64,000 nt of DNA, from contig JAAOMT010000608.1 of assembly GCA_016748015.1 (NCBI GenBank), positions 124,001 through 188,000 of the forward strand, given 5' to 3'. The position numbers and the translations under genes were made by a program. The notes beneath the pieces were generated by a model. It was not told where the DNA came from. It ran no database searches and saw only the letters and a list, made by a program, of their open reading frames with translations. Position 1 is the first letter of the stretch. Every line of letters starts with the position of its first letter. Positions 51,170-61,386 of the stretch are shown piece after piece. Source of the DNA: Geosiphon pyriformis uo1. Its lineage: Eukaryota; Fungi; Glomeromycota.

Positions 51170-52580
51170 ATCCCATCTACCTCTTGTGAATTGTGGTTCA
51201 GTCGAAGGTATTATAGATGATATTAGAGGCGAAGCTAAATTGCTTATTAATAATGATGGCCTCATCTATAAGCCGATATGAAATGGTAAAGTACTTTTAT
51301 AAGAAACTTCAGATAAATTAATCTTGAGAATTCATTTATAAAAATTGTCTCAAGTAAGAATTTCAATTAAAGGAAATTTAAATTTTTGAAAACTGAAAAT
51401 TATCAAAGATTTTATGGTCAAGACAAGATTCAAATTCTAGGTGAGAAACCTGAATTGCTACTATAAAGCTCTAAGTTTTAAAATGATTTTGAAATAAGAG
51501 GTTAGATTTAGTATTTAAAATAAAAAGGTGAGTTTTTTGAATTTGCAACATCCCTATTAATTCTATATATTATATTAAGTATTAATTTCGAGATAGATAA
51601 TATTTTTATAATCGCATCATTATGAAACAAGATAGTATCACGCAAAGAGTGGTTAAAACCTATAAAGTTTCAATAAAAAGCATAGTTTGGCTATCTGAGG
51701 TGAAAAAGAATTTTGCAGAGCCATCTTCCGTTTTAGCATGCTCTTAAGAGGTTACTTAGGCTCAGCTCCTTCCAAAATCACAGACGAAGTGATTGATCAA
51801 GCATTGGTTATGCGAAAGTAAGTTATTAAACATAATGCATAGAGAGTAAAGTGTATCAAACACATAAATATCCTATTCAATCTCGTAAGACACTGTATCA
51901 TACCATAACAATTCGTGCTCAGAATTTTGCAAAGTTACCTTGGAATCGCTATTACGTATCTTACCCTCAGACTCTAGCAATCTATTTCATATTTATATTG
52001 ACACAAGGTAAAGATAATAATTTTTACGTCTTTGTATTTTTTTAAATTGTTTTTAAATTATTATTTATGTCTTTATTTTTAAGGATAAACATGCACTATG
52101 GCCTCTCCATTTTTGGAAAAAAAAATTGAAAAATAACAAGTGGCCCAATCCACACACAAAAAAAAAAAAATGTGATGGCAAGCCCACTCAATATTTCAAA
52201 ACTAATTAATGAAAGTTTGCCAGAGTATACGAGACGCAAAAAAAAGCTTTACAAATGGCTCTGTTAATGTAGCCTCCATAGATTTTGTGATTCGTACACC
52301 ATTCACCTGGTATTCTCCCTTTAAAGGTGTGGATAAAATTGGGAAACATGATATTGGAAGCATTGTTCGTCTTTGCACCTATATAGATGATTTAATCTCA
52401 CAAAAAGAAAATTCTCTCAATCAACTTCCAAACGCTCGAAGGAAAAGGCTGTCTGAAGAGTACAAATGTCCGGAATTATAGGATTTTAACAAATTGAGAC
52501 GAAAATGGCGAATCTATCTCCGGGTATTGTTTATGGAGCCTTTATTCTTTCCGGAAATCAAGTAGGAAATAGTAACGATA
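51170..52580 (+). pseudogene. Decayed Fanzor2 (IS607 TnpB-derived) RNA-guided nuclease gene with internal deletion
   Basis: Ordered motif remnants across stops and frameshifts: KPI*NGK...ETSDKL (~51270), KR*VF*ICNIP...KY*FRDR*YFYNR (~51525-51615), YLGSAPSKITDEVIDQAL, SRKTLYHTITIRAQN, CDGK...KTN**KFARVYE, RuvC-I VASIDFVIRTPFTWYSPFKGVDKIGKHDIGSIVRLCTYIDDLISQK (D at 52281), EYKCPE, RuvC-III N*DENG..IYLRVLF (52492-52532). Boundaries approximate. Confidence 0.8.
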
Positions 52581-52823
52581 TATTATAATTAAAACAAAGC
52601 TTAATTCTTTCAAGAAAAACAATGAATGGGATGATGCTCCAAGAATTTGTGCAAATATTTTGTCCATGCTTAACAGTCACATTTATGGAAATTTAATAAG
52701 TCGGTGATAGAATACACCGATATGAAAAAGACTAGAGAACCACAATTTTTTAATAAACATTAAACATTTTAAACAATTAATTTTATTAAAACGTTAGAAT
52801 TCATTTACATCAATGTTTATTTG

Positions 52824-52855
<32 letters not shown>
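52824..52855. repeat. (GAT)n microsatellite
   Basis: Direct reading. Confidence 0.9.
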
Positions 52856-52856
<1 letters not shown>

Positions 52857-53507
52857 GAGACAATATAAGATAAATTTTATGTTCTCTACAATTTACAAAA
52901 TTTTTTCAATCCTGAGCTAATTGAATTATTATGTCGCTTCAATATGACCAAGTGTAAAATTTCATGCAAAAAAAGGGTTTATTTTCACTGAAATTTAGAT
53001 TAAGCTGATTTTTGAACTATTGTTTGGTTTGAAAAGGAAATTTGAATCGGAATCTCCAGTAAAATATTTGTTCAAACATTTGAACCTATTCATGAACAAA
53101 GAAAAATTAATCAGGTTTGTCAATTTTTGTCCATATTAATTGAGTAAACTCAAAAGCAAAATTTTCACACACTATATCAATCATCAATAATATATCAAGA
53201 ATACGATATTTTATTACTAATAATTGCGAGATTAATGAATACATAATAATTCGAGTAAAGATTGAAGAAAATGTATTAAAAGAAAGGAAAGAAAGACTTG
53301 TCATCTCTTGAAATTGCCCCATAAATAAAGATGCGTCCTTTCAACTAACTGGGTAATCATAAAATTCAAGGAAAAAAAATATTCTGGCCACAACTTTTAA
53401 CAATATTAAAAAATATCCAGCCCGGTTATCAAATTATGATTTGATATTACTTTTGAGCAAGCGTTGGATTAGATTGCAAGCCTATTTTGAACCCTTTAAA
53501 AGTCGAG

Positions 53508-53693
53508 TTACATAAAGCCAACTTGACTATAAGCCTGTGAATAGTCCTGTTTGGCGTTCTGAACTTCTTGATTTATGAAGGATGATAATTTTGGGATTAA
53601 TCTTAGGCCAGGTGCTGGTGCCGAAAGAGCAAAAAGCGTTAAGAAAACGGTTAATAAGACAAAGGGAAGGAAGAGGGATGATGATTTGGCCAT
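53508..53693 (-). CDS. Small secreted protein candidate (61 aa)
   Basis: AAAATG start context; signal-peptide-like MAKSSSLFLPFVLLTVFLTLFALSAP; higher GC than flanks; no introns needed. Confidence 0.6.
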   Translation of the reverse strand: MAKSSSLFLPFVLLTVFLTLFALSAPAPGLRLIPKLSSFINQEVQNAKQDYSQAYSQVGFM

Positions 53694-56600
53694 TTTGAAA
53701 TTTCAATTTAGTAGAGAGAATAGATGAAATCTTTTGGTGAATAAGGAAATAAATGTGATTTTTCGGGTGGTGATTTCAAATGTGAAAATTTTCTCAACAA
53801 AAATCCTGTTTTGTTGGTTCTTAAAGAGAATAATTCCAAGAAATAAATGCCAATTGAAAGGAGAGGCAGTAGAGACTTTAACAAGTTTTAAATGAATGAG
53901 TGATTGTTGTGAATGTTGGGGTATTTATTAAAGAGAGAATTTTAAGGTCTTTAAATACCAAAGAGAGCCATAACTTATGATCCTGTTTGGTATTCTGATT
54001 AGTACAGGTTGTCATGTGTACACAATGAAGAATTGGTATATTTTTCCGAAAATAATTTATCAAATTCTTTTTCATATACATTACAATTCACCGATCGATT
54101 GAGCATTTAATAATAAAATTTTCAACTTCGGAGTAATTCAAAAGAATGTGTGATCGGGAATTTTCGAAGTTTGTGCTTCAATGTGTGAATTTAATGATAA
54201 TTTTTGATGACACCAAAGGTCAGAATTTTCCGAGATGTGAAGCTATTTAATCCAGTTTTAGTCTAGATTGAGTAAAATTAAATTATTCAATAAGGGGTTT
54301 TAACAGGAATAAAATTGAACCCTTTATCAGTTAAAAATTTATTCCTCTAAAATATTTTACTTTCACAATCAAAGATTTAAATCATTCTTTAATGATCGAT
54401 TTGGTTTATGCGGTAAAAGCATAATATAAATAACCGATTTGTTAGATAATTTTTCCTGTTTTAAATCAGGAATTTTACAAAAATTTTTTAGGTTTGATCA
54501 AATTCTTACGTTTAAAATCTTTTAAAGATTAAACGTGGGTTGAATGATGAACATATATTTTGGTAGAAATCAAAATTAATTGATTATTTCAAGCTTTGAT
54601 TTTCAATGTTATTTTTCATCAAGGCTAGATCTACTTCTATTGGAAAAAAGTTAGAATTTGATTAGTAAAAATTATTTTGATGAATAAATTAAACTGTGAA
54701 AAATTAATTTTATTAATTGTATATGAAAAAGCGTTGAAAATGAACATTTTTAGTAAATTTTAAAGTTTAATTTCTTTTTCTTTTTTCTTTTTTTTTTTAC
54801 TAAGGCTTATATGAATCTTGAATTTATTTTATTGAACTGATGTCATAAACCTTTTTTTTTTTTTTAAAAAAAAAAAACCTCCTAATTTAAAAGTTCAATT
54901 TATTATGGACAATTTTTTTTTTTTGAATACCCACTTTTTTTTTGATCTTTATTGATATATTTGATAAATATTCCAGAGAAAAATATATGTAAAAAAAATA
55001 AAAAAAATAGTTATTTTTGGAACTAAACCTTTACAATAATTTAAGTCAAAAAGTAACCTTTGGTATTTTTTAATTTTTAAACCTAATTAATTTAGACGCG
55101 ATTCATTTTAATGACAGTTCCATACTGATAGGGAAATCCCAAGAAAATCTTTGTTGTAAAGGTTTATAACACGAGATATTATTTAATTAAATGATCATCA
55201 CATTCAAAAGAATTTCCGACACTTTAAATATTGAATAAAAACCCTTGAACCAATAAATTAATGCTTTTAGAAACTTTTATATTTTTATGAATAATGTCAA
55301 TTAAAAGCACTATTGTACTATTAAAATTTTCATACCATGTTTCAGCAATATAATTTACAGCAGTAGTATTATTCTTTTACTCAATGATATGAATAATGAG
55401 ATGATATCGATATAAAAATCGGATAAATTATTTATCAAATATTCCCGGTTTTGAAAAATCTTTGTTCGACTTTTGAAGTTTAATTTAGTAATTCAAGAAA
55501 AACTCAATTAATTGTTCAAGAGTTCGTTACTCTTTTAAAAGAATTTTTTCTTCAAAGTAATTGTGAATTTTATCAAAGCCTACTATTTCGAAAGGAATCA
55601 AGGAGCTCTAGGAAAAGGTTGAAATAATATTTAAACAAATTCAAATTTATTTGCTTTATAGAAATATAAAAATATAGTTTTCAAGACACTATTCAAAGTG
55701 AAAAAGAAAATAAAAACTTTGAAAATTAAAAAGAAATTACTTCTCCTCACAAGTAATAGTGAACCCAAACATTTTAAATTTATTAATCTTAATATCAGGA
55801 AACAATTTAAATTTCTTTAAAGTATTTATTTCCTTTTAAACAAAAGTTCAGCTTCATTTGTTTCTTTCATACCTATGACCCTGATCAGGAAGATTTTATT
55901 AACTTTAATCCGAAAATTGGGCTAATACATGTTTCACAAACTGAATTACTCTTTTAGATCCCACAATTGAAAAACCCAAAATACATTGATCGTCTCAACG
56001 TTTTTTCAATCTACTCATCATCAAGTTGAAATCTATTTTGATTTTTGCATCCATCCATTACTTTTGAATTCATCGATGAACCAGTCCATCAAAAAAGTTC
56101 CTAGCAATCATCAATCAAATCTTGAAAGAGTCATTTCGAGTAGAAAATATTGTTAATAATTCCAAAAATTAATAGCGAGGTATATTTCCAATTCTGTAAA
56201 ATCATTAAACCCTTTTGATTGGTTCGTTCTAAAAGAAATAGTTTTGCAATTGACCTAAATATGAAGGCATAAATAATTTTGTGGTATAAATAATTAACTC
56301 CGAAAATTTAAAATTATTAATCAGTATTTTGTTAAGAAATAAAAAAAAATTCACGAAAAAAAAATACGTAAATGGTTAGAATTTTGATATTTTAATTAGA
56401 TTCACAAATAAAAAATAACAATTATAAAAATATTTTACAAAAATTGGTAGCTGAACAAATCAAATAGCTAGAGATCTTATTTACATTCTGATGATGAAAG
56501 CTATTTAAAACTCACGGGGCTAGCCTAATAGAGTTTTATGGTCAGCCAGGTGAGCTAAGCCTTTATAGCATCTTATAGACAAGAAATGTTTACATGAATC

Positions 56601-56775
56601 CCGTTCATTACAGTTCGTCTATAATCGATTTTCTGATAAATTTATGATATAGTGGTTAGATGGAACGAAAGGTAATTTTGAAAGATATTGAAAATGTCCC
56701 ATCGAAAAAGTTTTGTAAACTTTAAGATATTATTTAATTTTAATTTGTTTTTATACAAGTCAAAGTCCAGAAGCA

Positions 56776-56982
56776 TCAACAATCCCACCAAGTGCATTGA
56801 GCAACTGTCTCCAGAAGAGCATGTTTCGATTGCTTTGATTTAAAACTTCCCCTGACAGGTGATGGTAATGATAAAAAATTGAAAGATTCATACATCCATT
56901 CATGAGAGAGTATAGGCAAAGCAATTGTGTTATCAAAAAAAATTGTGATAATGATGAATAATATGAAAATTTTGTAATTCAT
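56776..56982 (-). CDS. Small secreted protein candidate (3' structure uncertain)
   Basis: AAAATG start; MNYKIFILFIIITIFFDNTIA-LP signal-peptide-like; TATA-like TATAAAA upstream; may be spliced or decayed. Confidence 0.4.
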   Translation of the reverse strand: MNYKIFILFIIITIFFDNTIALPILSHEWMYESFNFLSLPSPVRGSFKSKQSKHALLETVAQCTWWDC

Positions 56983-59426
56983 TTTGTATTTAAGTTAAGG
57001 AATTTAATTGATTTAGAAGTAACTTTAAAAAAAATTTTCAGCTATAAATAATTCAAGCTTTGAAAAATTTTTATCTGCTATCTAAAAGAAAAACCAGACT
57101 ATTTTATATGATTTTAAAATTATTTGAAACATGTATTCCCTGGATAGTTTCTCCCAAATAAACTACTTTTAGTCAATAGAAATCTTTATTTTAGCTAAGA
57201 CGTCAATTTACCTTTTTTTGTTTTGTGTGAATTATTAATTTCTATTTTTGTAATGAATACCAGAACTGCATAAAAATTTGTTGTGAATTGTTAACTAAAT
57301 TACGTTCTTTGTTATCTCCTTTGTTTCTTGACATATAATGTAATCAATAGAATAAGATGATAGGATACCATAGCGTTGGGAAGATCGCTTTGAGTTACTC
57401 GAGAACCTTAAGTTGTGATACTGTTGTATCCCATTAAATTGCTCATTATTTATTTAAAAGATTCATTCAATTTATTTCCTAGACAAAGGTATCAAATTTT
57501 ATTCTCATATCAAGAGATTAAAGTTTTTTCAAATAATAGGGCAAAGTAGTCAAGTGAGAAAAATATTTTAAGGTACAACGTTTAATTCATTACTCCTTGT
57601 CCAAAAAAAAAAAAATTACATACGTAGCAACGAACAAAGATTTAATCTCTTTGATTTCGGATTGAGAAACCAATTTTAAACTCTTCAATAGGATCCTTTC
57701 TACACACCTAATATTTGTTTACTAGTACTTTTGATTTTGAATTTGCTTATAAACCATTTTCAAATAGAAGCTCATAAAAATTAGGGAACAATCTTTTATG
57801 ATTTTGAAACCCCAAAAAGGTTATTTTTTGGTTTCTTGACTCGAAATATTTATTTTAGTAAGAAAACATTATATGATGATAATAAAACCACTATTTTCCT
57901 GCAATAAATTCAAGACAAACTAATTTTAAGGGTGAGCATTTTTGTTTTACAAACTTTTTTGTCACCCTGCATAAATAAATGCCATCATATGAGCCTAATT
58001 TTTCCTTTGCTGCTAATCCAAATAATAATCAGAATTGTTATTTCTTTTGCAAATTGTTTTGGATTATGTATATCATTATGTAAAAAAAAAATAATTTCGC
58101 CAAGCTTTTTGAGCTAATTCCTTTTCAATTAAAATTTTTAAAATTGAAATCCGAATCTTTTTTATCAATAATAAAATCACGAAACATATGTCAGAAGAGT
58201 TTTTTTTGATTTTTTGATTGGTGAAAGCGCATTAAATTTAACCAATTTTAAACGATGAAACTGACAGGATATCCCGATACTTTCTTAAAAGGGAACAGGT
58301 TTGAAATTATGTACTATCTGACAAATAGATATCATATGTTAAACGAGAAAAATTCAATTCAATTAAATTCAATTCAATTCAATTCAAAGATTCTCAAGCT
58401 AGTAAAAGAGATATATTTTGATCATCACATTCGTAAGCAGAGTATCCTTTTCATCGGACTAATCAGAAATGGCCATATTCAAATAAATAATCAAGGAATA
58501 ATTTGGTAAAAAAAAAAAAATAATAACACTTTGAATTTTCATATGATATTCTTCTTCACATTTAATGGTTTAACTAAATAAAGCTTTTAAAATTAAAATA
58601 ATGTAAAATATAGGTATAAAACTAATTCAATCTTTTAAACTTAATTTTTTGACCACTTTTCTTAATATGACATTATAAACACAATCAAATATTAATTTTT
58701 ATTTTCAAATACAATTATTTAATAATATATATATATATATTAATATATTTTTTTTCACTCAATATGTATAAATCTAAAAATTTTACAAAACATAAAATAA
58801 AAAGCTAAAATTTTATTAATTTGGAAAAAACCCTTTTTTTTCACAAATTGTAAAAGAAATTACAATATAAAACAATTCTGAGTGACATGCGTGTCATGAT
58901 ATTTTTGCTTACTAATATGTATTTTTCATCTTATTTATGAAAAGAAATCTTGTTAAAATTCTTTTCTTTGTCTTTTGAACGTAAACACTACTTTATGAAA
59001 AAGCCAAAGCTTCATGATATATATAAAAATTCAACCACACAAAATCACTCCGAGCATTAATTGGTCAAAGAAGCCATGATTTTTAAACTCAGCTATGATT
59101 TGATTGACAATATGATCATGGTTAAAATTAAAATTCTTCACGGATGTGTGAGGAACTTTCCTTTTTTTTTGCTTCCCCCAACGCCCCAGTATCTGGGAAA
59201 TAGTCGGTGGGTCATCATTGAGATAAACAAATAAAGACTAAACAAAAGTTTCTTTTCAAAATACACTATCCCAATGATCAACCAATCAGCCACGCTTTTA
59301 ATGTCCCATGAACGAAATTATTTGTTAGCAAAAAATCTATATTTGGTTCAAATATAATAATAAAAATCGAATGCCAAAAATATTCATTCCTCACTTTTCA
59401 CTTCCCCTATTTACTTAAATAGCAAA

Positions 59427-61386
59427 ATGTTTTTTTTAATAATTATCGTTTTAATAACCACCATAGTTGCTTGTCTTACTCTTCTCATATCTGATCAAAA
59501 AAATAAAAGACCTTTATCAAATGGTGCATTAACTCTTCCTGGACCACCACCCCTGCCAATTATTGGAAATGTTCATCAGTTAAAACCGATGATACATAAA
59601 CAGTTTTCAGATTGGGCGAGGCGATATGGACCAATTTTTCAAGTACGAGTCGGCAATAAAGTTTGGGTCATTTTGAATGATCATGAGTCCATCAAAGATC
59701 TGTTTAAAACTCGTGGAATGATCTATTCGTCTAGATTTGTAAGTCGTTTTTTAACTTTACGAACATACTTTTTTTTTTGATATTCCAAACGGTCTTGATG
59801 ATTTTTTTTTAAAAATTATTTCTTTAGAAAAGTCACTTAATTAGCGATGTCTGGTCAAACAACTCAAAAAGTCTTGCTTTTGCTCCGGTACATTGAAAAT
59901 TTCAATGGAGGGTTTTCTTTTTCTAGATCTCATAATAAATTTTTCTTCAATTTACATGGTAACTGTATTTTGGAAAAAGTACGGCAATTGGTGGAACACG
60001 ATGCATTCAGTTTTTGTACTATTAAGTCGCGAAGAAAATATTGATAATTTATATCAACCAATTATCAATCATGAAGCCAGGCAATTTCTTCGAGGAATAT
60101 ATCAACAAGCTAAAAATAAGATTGCGATCGATCCAAGTGATGAAATTGAGATTTTATTGTTCAAAATCATGTTAACCATTGTCTATGGCAAAACTAGTGG
60201 CCTAGATTCTTTAAAAACACAATATCAGCGAATAGTAAATGATGTTTATGACAGTTTGACCACAGCAAATCTTCCCGATATTTTTCCGTGGTTACGATAC
60301 CTTCCGATGATGACAAGGCTTGAAAAAAAAATTTCAAAGCTTCATTGCGATAGGGTTAATCTCGATGTGAAACTTTTGAGAGAAGTCAAATCCCGTATGC
60401 AAAAAAATGGTGATATCAGCGAAACCTGTGTAGCTTCACAAATCCTAAAAAATGTGAAAATCGATCCATATTTGACGACTTCACCCTACAGTCATATATT
60501 CACAAAGGATAAGGATGGCAAGTACACTTTTGATGAATACGATGTATACAGTTTGTGCGCGAATTTTATTATTGGTGGAACTCAGTCTACGCTGCAATCC
60601 CTACGCTGGTTTTTTGCAATTTTGGCCACCTATCCTGACGTTCAACAAAGAGTTCAGGACGAATTAGATAAAGTAGTTGGCAGGGGTAAACTTTTCACTC
60701 TCAAACATGAACCTCATCTACATTATTTAAAAGCGACAATAAAGGAAGCATTCCGTTACAGGTACTGAAAAAATATATTCTTCTTTCTCTTTTCGTTTAT
60801 TTCGTTTTCTGAATTTTAATTGTCTAGTTTCTCACCTATAATAGACCAACTAACTTAATGGGTTGTGCACCACATCAAGTTGATCGAGATGATACTTATC
60901 GTGGTTATCATATCCCCGCTAAAAGCGTAATAGTTAGTAATTCTTATCCAATAATAACCAGTCCCTTGCTTTTCGAAAACCCATCAAAATTCAAACCGGA
61001 ACGATATCTTGACCGTGATGGTCACCTAAAACCTTTCGATGAAATTCGTGAATCTTGGGTATGTAAATGTCTATTAAATTTTATAATCATATTGGGATTT
61101 TAAAACTAAAAAATTATATTTAAAAACATTATTCAAGATATTTGGAAGGGGCAGACGCTCCTGTCCTGGAATTGATCTAGCAAACAAAAATATACTTACG
61201 CCACTTGGATATACCCTTGCTCTATTTAATTTTGAAGTACCAAAAAATCCTATTACTGGGAAAAATAAATCTATCGATTTCGAAAAAGGATTTCAAAACA
61301 GTTTTGATTATAGGGTGGAAAAGTATGATTTAATCTTCAGACCTCGAAGAGGTATTGATATCGAGGCCATTTTACAAGATCGATGA
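59427..61386 (+). CDS. Cytochrome P450, membrane-anchored
   Basis: TM anchor, PGPPPLPIIGNVHQL, I-helix IGGTQST, KEAFR, FKPERY, IFGRGRRSCPG; four GT-AG introns; stop TGA 61384-61386. Confidence 0.95.

Noticed and set aside
50400-51170. IS607 TnpA serine recombinase upstream of the Fanzor relic
   Set aside because: No YARVS or DIGSG-type motif could be read.
56760-56790. WWDC-TGA-CFW as possible selenocysteine readthrough
   Set aside because: No SECIS recognised and no selenoprotein family similarity; a plain stop or different splicing is simpler.
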